A stretch of DNA of 64,000 nucleotides from Thiohalomonadaceae bacterium (GCA_041562215.1 JBFEYJ010000001.1:747-64746); one strand, 5' to 3'; positions 9,076 through 18,787 are shown, counted from the stretch's first letter. Numbers and translations are program-made. The notes: generated by a model from the letters alone, not told the origin.

Positions 9076-9921
9076 TCAGGACTCCCCTGCTTTTTTTTCA
9101 CTGCCGGTTTTACGACTACGCTGCAATACCACCAGTCCGCCAATCATCCCGGCAAACATTGCCAGTAGGCCGCCCGTGAATGACTGCCAGTGAGAGGGAC
9201 TGACATAATACGGAGCACTTACCGTGGTGTGATAACGGCGACTGTCTACTTGCAGCTCGGTGGACACCGTAAAGTCTGCCGGTCGGTTGTTACTACGACC
9301 GGCCTGTACGTCGTGAAAATCATCAGGTAACTCAATGCTGACATGCCCATGCATGTCACTCACCGTTTTGATTTCGGAACCATTTGTCGTGGTGAGCGAT
9401 ACTGGCTGTCGCGCCAGCGGCTCGCCATTATAACGGATAAGAAAGTTCACCGGCTTCATGCTTTGATAACGCTGATGTTCGCGTGTCAGCGGCGCCGGCG
9501 TAATATCCAGCATCGCTTTCGGTGCATCGACCAACTCGGACGGACTCACCTTGGCAGGCCTGCCACGCAAAGCGAGATAACGCATCGCCACCTCTTCACT
9601 CGCTCCATGCCGCTTTTTGGCAAACAGCATGTGGTAGCTATCGAGCCCGGTCTTTTTTACGGATACTTTCCCGCTAGCATCCAGGGACAGGGGACGACGC
9701 ACACGTGTCGGTAACCACAACTCGGCCTCGACATGCGCGTTATCACTAACACCGTCGATAAGTACGAATGTCTTGCCGCCGCCATGACCACCATGGCCGG
9801 CCTGTGAACCTTCAGTTACCTGAGGTGTTTTTCCAGGCGGTTCAGGCTGCCATACCAGAGCGGCCTGTGCGCTACAGGCAAACAACGCCAGCAACGGCAA
9901 GTACACAATATTGTTGTTCAT
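9076..9921 (-). CDS. exported hypothetical protein with His/Gly-rich motif and C-terminal TM anchor
   Basis: The likely start is MNNNIVYLPLLALFACSAQAA (signal peptide) at 9921. It carries the motif SQAGHGGHGGGK, and a C-terminal hydrophobic segment GGLLAMFAGMIGGLVVL followed by basic residues. Any resemblance to DUF4198-type periplasmic metal-uptake proteins is a guess. Confidence 0.55.
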   Translation of the reverse strand: MNNNIVYLPLLALFACSAQAALVWQPEPPGKTPQVTEGSQAGHGGHGGGKTFVLIDGVSDNAHVEAELWLPTRVRRPLSLDASGKVSVKKTGLDSYHMLFAKKRHGASEEVAMRYLALRGRPAKVSPSELVDAPKAMLDITPAPLTREHQRYQSMKPVNFLIRYNGEPLARQPVSLTTTNGSEIKTVSDMHGHVSIELPDDFHDVQAGRSNNRPADFTVSTELQVDSRRYHTTVSAPYYVSPSHWQSFTGGLLAMFAGMIGGLVVLQRSRKTGSEKKAGES

Positions 9922-9986
9922 TCTTTCCCAACCCCATGAGGCAAAAGAGTGCCGTCCCTGGCCGTGAGATTTCATCATGAAATAAC

Positions 9987-12218
9987 TCAAAAATGTACGG
10001 AGAGACCCGCGGTATAGGTGCGTCCCTGGTTGACGACGATTGAGAGGTCCTCCTGGTCATATACCCCATCATCATTGCCATCGCCGTGACCACGCACTGT
10101 GTTGTAATAATTACGATCAAAGAGATTGTCGACGCGGGCAAAGAGCCCCCAATCGCCACTATCCGACGGACGGTCATAGTTGAGGAGCAGGTTGAAGGTG
10201 GTATAGCCGCCGATCTTCTCCTGGTTGATCTCATCCGCATAATAGGAAGACGTTGCATCCATCTCGAGACTCACCAGCCAGTTTGTCTTCGGCATCACAT
10301 GCGCCGTGACATTGAGATGGTGGTGCGGCACCCGCGGTACCTCATTGTCGGTGTTATCGTATAAGGTCGAGATATACTTCGGCGCACACGGCACAGGCGA
10401 GCTATAAGGGCTACAGGTCGAATCATAGGCCGGATTGTAAGTTTGCAGATAGAAGCTGTCGTACTTTGTGTACTCGGAGAGCATGTAGGTATAAGCCACA
10501 TCAAAGGAAAGCTTGCGCTGCGGATCCGTGCTCAGCGCCAACTCCAGACCACGGCTACGCATGTCACCGGTGTTGTCGTAAATGTTCCCACTTGCCGTGG
10601 TGTACTGGCCAGCGGTCGATTGAATGTGATCCTTGCGGTCAATCTGGAACAACGCCAGGTCAATATCCATCGATACACCAAACAGGCTGCCGCGACTCCG
10701 CATCCCCAGTTCGGTATTCAACGCATATTCCGGTTCCAGATCCGGATTGCCCTCAGTGCGCATTGTCGGGCTAGCGCTACCGACAAAGAGCTGTTCCACT
10801 GTCGGTGCGCGGAAACCGGTTGAAGCGTTGGCGTAGAAATCAAAATTAGTATTCAGCGCATAATTGCCGCCAAGGCGCCAGGAGGCGACCTTGAACTGTT
10901 TGCTGTCATCAAGAGTGCTGTCCAGGTTATCGGCATAGTCTAGATCGAGGACATCGTATCGACCGTTCAGGGTCATCACCAGCTTATCAGCAGGACGGAA
11001 CTTCACCTCGCCATAGATGGCACTCACCTTCTCATCCGTAGTGTTGTCATCATAAAGACCACCGACACTACAAGCTCCGTAGGCCTCAGAGCAGTCCAGG
11101 AAGGTGACCTCATTATCGTAACGGTTGTCCCGCAGGTCGGTTGCCAGCATCCAGGCCAGAGATTCTCCGCCGCTACGATATTCCGCCTTCACTCCTCGCT
11201 GCACCTGGTAATAATCGTTATCGTAAGTATAAGAAGAAGGATCAGCGTCAAGCGGTTTGGAGAGGAACCGGGTTTGGTCGGTAAACTGGTAGGTGTTGAC
11301 CATCAGATTGCTGTGATTGTCGATATCACTGGCGTAAGTCAGGAACAGCTTGTCAAGCACCACATCAAAACGGTTCGCATAATCATTATAGGCCGGGTCC
11401 TCGCTTCTCGGGTCCAGCTCGGCGGCAGTGACACCGAGCACACTGCCGTGACTGTTCTTTTCCCGATCGGAATGTTCGAAGCCGAAGGTCAGATCGCTGG
11501 CTTCATCCAGATAGTACTGCAGCTTGCCGTTAACATAATCAGCCTTGGAGGCCGAGTCGTCGTAATAGCCGTCAAGCTCACGACGCGATACCTGCACGTG
11601 GCCGTTGAAACTCTCCCCAGCGGTGCCCACTCGGGCCAGCCCTTTTTTGTAACCGAAACTGCCCGCCTCGGCACTGAGCCTGATTCCGGCATTGGCCGCA
11701 CCGCGCTTGGTGGTGATGATGACGGCGCCGGCCAGGGCATCATCGCCAAATAGATAGGAAGCACCGCCTTTGACCACCTTGATTGATTCGATGTTATCGA
11801 GATCGATATTCACCCGCCCGGTGCGCTCAAACACAGGCACCCCATCGATAACCACAGCAACTCCAGGGCGCTCCCCCATATAGACCTGGTTCTCGACACC
11901 GCGAATATGGATCTTGATCGAATCGCCACTCTGTACCTCGGTGGTAATCCCGGGCACACTCTGCAACAACTGTTGGATATTCTGTGTGTGCGCGACATCA
12001 ACCTCTTCAGCGCTGATCACACCGATATTCGAAGGCTCATCACGCTTATTCTCGAAACGGTCGTCGATGGTGGTCGATTCGACCTGAATAATTCCCAGTT
12101 CTTCAGCCACGGCAGTGCTGATTGGTGCCAAAAGGGATACCCCGGTCATCAAAACAGCGGTATGCAACCCAAAATGCGGAGCAAAAAAACTTTTCACACG
12201 ACTCTCCCAAATAACCAA
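9987..12218 (-). CDS. TonB-dependent outer-membrane receptor
   Basis: Plug domain (...IHIRGVENQ...VVIDGVPV...IESIKVVKGGASYLFGDDALAGAVIITTKRG), a long beta-barrel and the terminal ...TYTAGLSVHF. The probable true start is GTG 12197 (GGGAGAG upstream), giving the signal peptide VKSFFAPHFGLHTAVLMTGVSLLAPISTAVA. Confidence 0.9.
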   Translation of the reverse strand: MVIWESRVKSFFAPHFGLHTAVLMTGVSLLAPISTAVAEELGIIQVESTTIDDRFENKRDEPSNIGVISAEEVDVAHTQNIQQLLQSVPGITTEVQSGDSIKIHIRGVENQVYMGERPGVAVVIDGVPVFERTGRVNIDLDNIESIKVVKGGASYLFGDDALAGAVIITTKRGAANAGIRLSAEAGSFGYKKGLARVGTAGESFNGHVQVSRRELDGYYDDSASKADYVNGKLQYYLDEASDLTFGFEHSDREKNSHGSVLGVTAAELDPRSEDPAYNDYANRFDVVLDKLFLTYASDIDNHSNLMVNTYQFTDQTRFLSKPLDADPSSYTYDNDYYQVQRGVKAEYRSGGESLAWMLATDLRDNRYDNEVTFLDCSEAYGACSVGGLYDDNTTDEKVSAIYGEVKFRPADKLVMTLNGRYDVLDLDYADNLDSTLDDSKQFKVASWRLGGNYALNTNFDFYANASTGFRAPTVEQLFVGSASPTMRTEGNPDLEPEYALNTELGMRSRGSLFGVSMDIDLALFQIDRKDHIQSTAGQYTTASGNIYDNTGDMRSRGLELALSTDPQRKLSFDVAYTYMLSEYTKYDSFYLQTYNPAYDSTCSPYSSPVPCAPKYISTLYDNTDNEVPRVPHHHLNVTAHVMPKTNWLVSLEMDATSSYYADEINQEKIGGYTTFNLLLNYDRPSDSGDWGLFARVDNLFDRNYYNTVRGHGDGNDDGVYDQEDLSIVVNQGRTYTAGLSVHF

Positions 12219-12461
12219 GCTAACAACAAAACTATTTATATGTTTATAAAGCGTTTATTTGCTTGCATTTCATGTGCCATCTATAAGGGATTGTTTTTAT
12301 TGAAAACTACGGAAAGTTAAAGAAGTAAACAGGGGTTATGACACTACTGATGCGGCATATCACACACCTGAGCTGGTGATGCGAAAAAATGACTCCAACG
12401 CAAAGAGCGCAGAAGTCATGCGAATCCTTTCCCCGGTGATGACTGTTGGTCAGGAGGTAGC

Positions 12462-12926
12462 ATGAAAGGAATGAATGGATTAAATGAAATTAACAGGCCC
12501 ACGCATATTCCCTCTGCGCTGAATAAATACGTCAGGCAGAACATCAAGTCTATGATGCAGGGTGAATTTAATCGGTATGTTGCCGGATTTCAGGATTTGT
12601 TGATGGTCAGTTCACCCCTGGCAGGGCGCTTCCAAAGACACATCGCACGCAAAGAAAATACAAGCTCTTCTCGCCCATTGACTGGAGACTACGCATTCCC
12701 TGCTGTGCATGGCGGCTGCGAAAGCAATCATCATCCACAGATAGTTATGAATAGCGTGGAGCAGATATTTTGTTACTTCACCGTACTCTGCTCCCGCCCC
12801 TCGATACCGGTGATGCCGAGTGTGCCGGGATTACCGCCAACTGGTTTTACCGTGAGCAGCCAGGTACCGCGCGAGGCGTTCCAGTACATTGGACCGTGTC
12901 CATCGAGCTGGAGCTGTGCGCTATAA
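12462..12926 (+). CDS. questionable small ORF (hypothetical)
   Basis: A strong AGGAGG SD lies 5 nt before ATG 12462, in the 550-bp AT-rich gap. However, the last ~150 nt run antisense through the 3' end of the subtilase gene, and no family is recognisable. Confidence 0.25.
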   Translation: MKGMNGLNEINRPTHIPSALNKYVRQNIKSMMQGEFNRYVAGFQDLLMVSSPLAGRFQRHIARKENTSSSRPLTGDYAFPAVHGGCESNHHPQIVMNSVEQIFCYFTVLCSRPSIPVMPSVPGLPPTGFTVSSQVPREAFQYIGPCPSSWSCAL

Positions 12927-14836
12927 CCCAAGGCGCTGGTGGCCTCAGCGATCAGTTTGTCCCCCCAGGGTTTGTACTCGGCACGGATAATATCGATGGT
13001 CAGATCATAACCATTGCAGTCCTGATCGATGCTGTCGTGCTTGATCTCGGTCGCTGCAGGATGGATTGCAGGGTCGGCATCGTTGCAGTCAATATCGGCG
13101 CTGTAGCCGTCAGCGTCGGCATCAGGCGGCGAAAGCGATTCGTCATCGACGAGCGTCAACACCGCCGACGTCGGCCAGCCCAGTGTTGCACCACCACTTC
13201 CCCCCAGGTGCAGGCTGAGTGTTTCGTCACCTTCGATCATCTCATCATCGAGCACGTTGACACTAAAACTTCTGCTCATCTCACCGTTGGCGAAATCAAG
13301 CGTGCCTATCACGGGTGTGTAATCAATCCCCTCCAGTGCCGTGCCACTGGCCGAATAGTAATCGACGCTCACAGCCCCGTAGTTGCCACCAAGACGGTTA
13401 ACAGTGATCTCTACCTTAAGTCCATTTTCGAGAACACTGTAATTGCCGGCGCTGAACTGCAAGTTGCCCGGTTGAGCCTGCTTCTGCAATTGATCGAGAG
13501 AGGCGACCAGATCGACCAGCCCCTGCCCCGTGTTGTTATCAGCGCCGATCGAATCGATATCGATGCTACTGCTGATCACCACCCCTTCGATCGCCGAGGC
13601 GGATGCTTGCGCCACAGCACTTTTAAGCAGGGCCATGCCGCCTGCAATTTGTGCAACGGAGAATGATGTCCCGCTGACATTGACATAGGCATCGGGGATC
13701 AGCCCACCGAAGGTAAGATCCGCGGTGCGGACATTGACCCCCGGTGCGACAACGGCCGGGAAGAGTGTCCCGTCACAGGCCGAAGGACCGCGACTGCTAA
13801 AATTTGCAACAGCACTTAATTCATCGACAGCGCCTACCGAAAGCACCTGGGCGTAATTTGCCGGGCTGAGGCTGCTGCCTGAGGCAGGCCCGGCGTTTCC
13901 AGCGGAGACCGCGACAGCGATGCCCGCTGCGCGCAGCACCTCGAGATCAGTCTGGAACTCGAACTCACAGACACCGACCGCATCGGAGAGACCCCAGGCA
14001 TTGCTCACCACGTCGGGGGCGTCATCCACATCAGGATTGCCGTCCGGATCGAGCAACCACTGAAAGGCGAGATGAATGTTGCTGTAGCTCGCGCTGCCGC
14101 TGTTGTCGAAAATCCTGGCAGCGATCCACTGCGCCCCAGGCGCAACCCCGATGGCGGTCCCGCCGTTGTCTCCACCGACGATGAGACCCATGGTCTGCGT
14201 ACCGTGACCGTTGGTGTCATGGGGCGAGGTATACTCACCACTGGGGTCAAACCAACTGTTGGCGCCACCACGCCACTTTGGCCCGATATCGGGGTGATGG
14301 GTATCGACCCCGGTGTCCAGCGACGCCACCACTACTCCCTGACCGGCAATCCCCTGTTGCCACAACAGCGGCGCTCCGAGCATCGAAAGATTCCACTCTG
14401 GCGTCACTGTACTGGCTCCCTCAGGTACCGGTACCGAGAGCGTGAGATCAAGAGAAATACTCTCTACCTCCGGGAACCGACGCAACTCCTCGACCAGCCG
14501 ACCGGGAACCTTTACTGCGAGACCATTAATCAACCACAGGCTTTTGATCTGACGAGCAGGCCTTCCCTTGAGAAAATTCAACAAAGGCTTTTCAGAGCGG
14601 GCGGACTCTGCCTGCAAGATTCGGATGATCCGAGCCCTTCTCTGAGATAGCCCGGACTCATTGAGTGGACGCAGATCGGGCCGCCCTGCAAAGCGAATAA
14701 TAAGCGCGATCTCCTTGTCGGGACTCAGTGTCTGCAAACGCTGCTCCAGTCCTGGAGTGATCCTTGCCGGCGCTGCAGCGTTGACTGCCCCGGCAGCCAA
14801 TACCGTCGCCAATATCGCGAACAGTGTGCGTGTCAT
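12773..14836 (-). CDS. secreted S8 subtilisin-like serine protease with Calx-beta-like and Cys-rich C-terminal modules
   Basis: AGGAGGG SD and signal peptide (...AAGAVNAAAP), followed by a propeptide-like N-terminus. Catalytic motifs are VVASLDTGVD (Asp), HGTQTMG (His) and SGTSFSVAQIAG (Ser). A Calx-beta-like block follows (VSVDYYSASGTALEGIDYTPVIGTLDFANGEMSRSFSVNVLDDEMIEGDETL), then the Cys-rich motif DADGYSADIDCNDADPAIHPAATEIKHDSIDQDCNG. Confidence 0.9.
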   Translation of the reverse strand: MTRTLFAILATVLAAGAVNAAAPARITPGLEQRLQTLSPDKEIALIIRFAGRPDLRPLNESGLSQRRARIIRILQAESARSEKPLLNFLKGRPARQIKSLWLINGLAVKVPGRLVEELRRFPEVESISLDLTLSVPVPEGASTVTPEWNLSMLGAPLLWQQGIAGQGVVVASLDTGVDTHHPDIGPKWRGGANSWFDPSGEYTSPHDTNGHGTQTMGLIVGGDNGGTAIGVAPGAQWIAARIFDNSGSASYSNIHLAFQWLLDPDGNPDVDDAPDVVSNAWGLSDAVGVCEFEFQTDLEVLRAAGIAVAVSAGNAGPASGSSLSPANYAQVLSVGAVDELSAVANFSSRGPSACDGTLFPAVVAPGVNVRTADLTFGGLIPDAYVNVSGTSFSVAQIAGGMALLKSAVAQASASAIEGVVISSSIDIDSIGADNNTGQGLVDLVASLDQLQKQAQPGNLQFSAGNYSVLENGLKVEITVNRLGGNYGAVSVDYYSASGTALEGIDYTPVIGTLDFANGEMSRSFSVNVLDDEMIEGDETLSLHLGGSGGATLGWPTSAVLTLVDDESLSPPDADADGYSADIDCNDADPAIHPAATEIKHDSIDQDCNGYDLTIDIIRAEYKPWGDKLIAEATSALGYSAQLQLDGHGPMYWNASRGTWLLTVKPVGGNPGTLGITGIEGREQSTVK

Positions 14837-15062
14837 GGTGCCACCCTCCTGTTTTCGCTCAACACCGACATCATCTCAACGTCTATGGGGAGAGATGATT
14901 CGTGACGAATGGAGTAGTTTCGTGCTTTCGACAATAGGTTCTGTGAATTTAGATAGCCTCTATATTCATGTATACGGCAGCAACATTTTCGCTACCTTCA
15001 CAAGCGCCGACGTTTATGCCGAAGCTCATGAACTTGGGAGTTTGCCGTGCCAATCCGTTTGA

Positions 15063-15569
15063 TTACAAAACACTCAGATTCTCCACCACGAAATCGCCGA
15101 TCACGACCGATACCTTGTCACCGGACTTGACGTGCCGGGCCGGATTACTGAAGAGAATGAAGTAGTTGCGATTGGCTTGCACATGCTTCGTCGTCTGGCG
15201 CAAGGCGCCCAGTTTGTTGGTGACCGGTACTTCCAATCGTGCATCGTCCTTCTCCACGATGAGGTAGGGCTTAATACGACGGTCAAGCAGTGGTGCGGCC
15301 TTTTCCGCATCAACCACCCGATAGCGAAAATCCAGCATATAACCGGTGGCGGTGGCTTGAATACCCAGTACTTCAACGCCCCACTTTTGCCGGAGGGCGC
15401 CAACATGTTCCGGATCGGAATCGACACCGACACCGCCGTCTTCTCCATACGCCGGTTCCTTCTCCATTGGCTCACTTGAAGTGTTCGTGCAGCCTGCCAG
15501 AAACAATGCCCCCAGCAGCACAGTTATGCACAAACCTTCCACTCTCTTTTCCTGCTTGGTCTTCATCAC
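15063..15569 (-). CDS. hypothetical lipoprotein
   Basis: Lipobox LFLAGC after a basic/hydrophobic leader. 168 aa, co-oriented and tightly spaced within the oxidase operon. No family recognised. Confidence 0.7.
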   Translation of the reverse strand: MMKTKQEKRVEGLCITVLLGALFLAGCTNTSSEPMEKEPAYGEDGGVGVDSDPEHVGALRQKWGVEVLGIQATATGYMLDFRYRVVDAEKAAPLLDRRIKPYLIVEKDDARLEVPVTNKLGALRQTTKHVQANRNYFILFSNPARHVKSGDKVSVVIGDFVVENLSVL

Positions 15570-15636
15570 CCTTTACCTCTCTCGCGAGGAACAGACTCTG
15601 CCGTGTCAACCGGTAGCACCCGCACCCGGCGCTGTA

Positions 15637-17517
15637 TTAAGGACCAACCGTTACCGTAACCGTGGCGACATTGGATAGCGCCCCCAGGTTATCCCGAATC
15701 GTATAGGTCACTGTCTCGACGCCAGTGAAACCACCGCCCGGGGTGAAGAAGATCGCATTACCCTTGGCATTCACTATGGCGGTGTTCAGCGGATTGGTGG
15801 GGCCATCGACAATGGCCAGCGAGCCCCAGTCAAGGGAACCGTCAGGATCCGAGTCATTGGCCATAACAGTAAGTTTAATGAAAGTGTCGACAGGTGTTGC
15901 GAAGGCATCATCCACAGCGACAGGCGGTTGATTTGCCGCCGGCGCGACCGTCAATGTTACTTGCACGGAATTGCCGCTCGCCGTGCCATCAAAGCTGTGG
16001 TAGGTGAAGCTGTCGGCACCGGCGAAGCCGGGATTAGGGATATAACGGAATGCCCCGCCCTTCCATAGGGTAACAGTACCGTTGGTTGTGGCGTTATCGA
16101 GAACAGCTGTAAGGGTGTCGCCATCCACATCGGTATCATTAACCAATACACCGGGGGGCGGCACGTTGAGAGTGGTATCGACACCACCCGCATAGCTGTC
16201 GGCAACCGTTAGCGGGATGTCGTTAACCGGCGTAACCGCCACACTCACGTTGGCGATATTGCTCGTCATCAGCCCGTCGCTAGCGGTATAGGAAAAGGTT
16301 GCCGTACCGTTGAAATCCGCTGGCGGGGTATAGTCGAAAGAGCCGTCCCCATTGAATATCAGCGACCCCTGATTGGCGACAGCCTGCAATGTTGCCGTCA
16401 AAGCGGTCCCGTTGTCATTTCCGAGCACACCTGGAGCGGTGATGGTGAGCGTTGACTCTTCCGCCGTAGTGAAAAGATCGTCCGCGGCGAGCGGGCGGTC
16501 TGCCCCGCCAGGCCCTACAGCCAGATAGCTGTAAATCCCCCCGGGACCTGCACCGGCATTGGTCAGGCTGAGACGATGGTCAAACAGCGGATAGTTTCCC
16601 TCGGCATTGGCCAGCAGGATCGCATCACGCGTCTTGCCGGCCGCCATCATCACCGAATACTGCTTGCGCGGATACGGGTAAGCACTGCCATCCTCGGCAA
16701 TGATCTGCAGAGGCTCCCCCAACACGCTCGGCACCAGCGTGCGCAACGACATGTTGACCATGCGAAGCAGGGTACGTGTGCCCGCCGCTCCTGCTGGAAG
16801 GGGCGTGGTGGCGGCACTGTACGGGGCGCCATTGACCAGAAAATATTTTGGCTTGTAATCGAAAGTGCTGGTCGGCCCTGTGCTGCCGTATGTGCCACCG
16901 GCAATCGCCGCATGCATTGCCGGATCGAGTTCGCTATAGAACAGCATCAGTTCCTGATCGTAGGTGATGCCGGGATAGGCCTCGCCCACTGCAGCATCCT
17001 TGCTGGCTGTGCCATAAAGTCCCATCTGTACCTGCACCGCCACATGGCTGCCGCTCTGGTAGGCATAGGTTCCAGGCTGGAAATCATTCCAGGTATAGAT
17101 CCCGGTGGCGCCCGGTGCGGTTTCGTGGGTAAAAGAGCGCACACGTGAACGCCCTTGGCCATCGGTAAAGAATACCGGTGTCATGGACGTCGACTGACCG
17201 CTAATCACCAGTGATGTTTCCACAGGCAGTTCATTCAGCAGGTTGATAGTGAGGCTTGTGTCGGCACTTGGCACGCTTATCGCCGGGCCTGGTAGTTGCA
17301 CAGGGTTGCCGCAACCATCACCAAGATTGGCATTGTCGTCTTCCGCATATCCCCACACAGCGATAATATTGCCATCGGGCATAGTCAGGTTCGTGCTCCC
17401 GGCACAGAGAAAGACCTCTGCCGCTTGCACCAATCCACCGGCCAGCCCCAGCCCCAACGCCAGTCCGGAGAGCAGGCTGGTCTTTCTCACGGTTCTGTTC
17501 ACAATCGTCTCCTCCAC
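15637..17517 (-). CDS. secreted cupredoxin/multicopper-oxidase-fold protein without copper ligands, C-terminal Ig/cadherin-like repeats
   Basis: Signal peptide present. The N-terminal ~330 aa parallel the neighbouring MCO (IAVWGYAE...LPGPAISV; YAYQSGSHVAVQVQMGLYG versus YYHSGSRPDLQIEMGLVG), but there is no HxH motif anywhere. The C-terminus has three ~95-aa repeats (PGVLGNDNG...FDYTPPADFNGTATFSYTASDG; PGVLVNDTDVDGDTL...FRYIPNPGFAGADSFTYHSFDG; VMANDSDPDGSL...FTPGGGFTGVETVTYTIRDN). Confidence 0.75.
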   Translation of the reverse strand: MEETIVNRTVRKTSLLSGLALGLGLAGGLVQAAEVFLCAGSTNLTMPDGNIIAVWGYAEDDNANLGDGCGNPVQLPGPAISVPSADTSLTINLLNELPVETSLVISGQSTSMTPVFFTDGQGRSRVRSFTHETAPGATGIYTWNDFQPGTYAYQSGSHVAVQVQMGLYGTASKDAAVGEAYPGITYDQELMLFYSELDPAMHAAIAGGTYGSTGPTSTFDYKPKYFLVNGAPYSAATTPLPAGAAGTRTLLRMVNMSLRTLVPSVLGEPLQIIAEDGSAYPYPRKQYSVMMAAGKTRDAILLANAEGNYPLFDHRLSLTNAGAGPGGIYSYLAVGPGGADRPLAADDLFTTAEESTLTITAPGVLGNDNGTALTATLQAVANQGSLIFNGDGSFDYTPPADFNGTATFSYTASDGLMTSNIANVSVAVTPVNDIPLTVADSYAGGVDTTLNVPPPGVLVNDTDVDGDTLTAVLDNATTNGTVTLWKGGAFRYIPNPGFAGADSFTYHSFDGTASGNSVQVTLTVAPAANQPPVAVDDAFATPVDTFIKLTVMANDSDPDGSLDWGSLAIVDGPTNPLNTAIVNAKGNAIFFTPGGGFTGVETVTYTIRDNLGALSNVATVTVTVGP

Positions 17518-17530
17518 AGTTATGGGGCCA

Positions 17531-18787
17531 TCACTCGATGGGTGTACCAGGCGGTTCGATAATCATCATGGTCATCATGCCGCCCGGAAATATGTCGTTA
17601 TTAACCAGTTCTCTCTCCGTGTGCGAGTGCCACATGAAGAACATGCCCCCATTTGCGTTCAGTCCGCCCTCGCCTGGAGGAAGAGTGCCGAAGGCACCGA
17701 GGAAGGGACTGCCGCTCCAGAAACCACCGAAAGTGAGGTCCTGATTCTCAGGCAGCACAACCGGGATAGGCTTGCCGTGGTCGGCCGGATCCTCGAACGG
17801 CGCCAACGGATCGCCGGGAGCATGGCCATAAAAGTCCCAGCCCATGCCTTTGCCCGTCCAGCTGAAAAGCGCATCGTAAGTGGCGCCGGGAACGACCTTA
17901 ACGGTGAAATCGGTGATGCCCAGGTCCGGGCCTGCTCCCGGACTGCTTTCCAGCAGATAACCGTCACGGGCAACCTGGAGGATGTGATTACCGTGGGTAT
18001 GGAAGGGATGGAGATCACGACTCGCCCCAATCAGCCGTGTCAGCACCCTATCGCCCGGGTGCATACGCGGCACGATGTTGTAAGGCTGATGTGGCAGCAA
18101 GGGGCTGTTGGCAGGCGCCAGTGTGTCAGGTCCGTTTCGTCCGTTGATGAACCACAGCACCGGGTGGTAGACGGTGGTGTCGATCTCCGCATACAGACCG
18201 CGATCGACCTGGTAATGGATCTCCGGATCCATCTCCGTCAGCAGGAACAGGTACTCATAATCAAAGGCTGTGTCAGCGTGATTGTATGCCTGTTTCGGTG
18301 CACCGCTCGGGCGGACGATCAGTGCACCGACCAGTCCCATCTCTATCTGCAGATCGGGCCGGGAACCACTGTGATAATAGAATGTGCCCGGACGGCCGGC
18401 AGTGAAGGTGTAGCTCACCGGATCGGCAGGTCCACTACTCTCCTGGGTCAACATCCCTGCCGTGCCGCCTGAAGCCGCCACATTAGGCAATCCCGGGAAA
18501 ACGATAGAGACCGGCTGCGGCAGGCTATTGCTGAGGTTGATCGTGACGGTGTCCCCCTGGTTAACGATAAGGGTTGGTCCCGGATACTGCATCTGACCGC
18601 CGTCCACGCCATAACCCCAGATCAACAGGCTGTCTCCATCAGGTGTATTGATGTAACCGGACGATGCGGTCAGATTGAAGGTCGTCCCGGTAATGCCGTC
18701 GATGGCGGCCTGGGCCTGCATGCTGCCAAGCAGCATGCCCAGCAACACCGCCGCCAGCCACCCTCTTGTACGTTGTTGAATTTTCAT
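17531..18787 (-). CDS. multicopper-oxidase-family protein, trinuclear-site His pairs kept but type-1 Cu site lost
   Basis: AGGAGA SD plus ATG 18787 (the ORF-track start 18823 is an upstream extension). Signal peptide ...GSMQAQAA. The first domain has degenerate motifs (VSIVFPG, YYHSGS). The last domain keeps HPFHTHGNH and FMWHSHTERE, i.e. two HxH pairs, but Ser replaces the canonical Cys of HCH and the following His is absent. Confidence 0.8.
   Translation of the reverse strand: MKIQQRTRGWLAAVLLGMLLGSMQAQAAIDGITGTTFNLTASSGYINTPDGDSLLIWGYGVDGGQMQYPGPTLIVNQGDTVTINLSNSLPQPVSIVFPGLPNVAASGGTAGMLTQESSGPADPVSYTFTAGRPGTFYYHSGSRPDLQIEMGLVGALIVRPSGAPKQAYNHADTAFDYEYLFLLTEMDPEIHYQVDRGLYAEIDTTVYHPVLWFINGRNGPDTLAPANSPLLPHQPYNIVPRMHPGDRVLTRLIGASRDLHPFHTHGNHILQVARDGYLLESSPGAGPDLGITDFTVKVVPGATYDALFSWTGKGMGWDFYGHAPGDPLAPFEDPADHGKPIPVVLPENQDLTFGGFWSGSPFLGAFGTLPPGEGGLNANGGMFFMWHSHTERELVNNDIFPGGMMTMMIIEPPGTPIE

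Noticed and set aside
12219-12461. Looked for a cobalamin or other riboswitch, or a Fur box, upstream of the TonB-dependent receptor
   Set aside because: The leader is AT-rich with no B12-box-like GC-rich core and no good match to the GATAATGATAATCATTATC Fur consensus.
17243-18472. 409-aa plus-strand ORF antisense to the two MCO genes. Similar antisense ORFs occur at 429-1016, 4961-5791, 12770-13666, 37626-38303, 43932-44762, 51154-51957 and 52067-52849.
   Set aside because: All overlap strongly supported genes on the other strand, lack SD sequences and recognisable motifs, and have Arg/Pro/His-rich composition typical of shadow ORFs.
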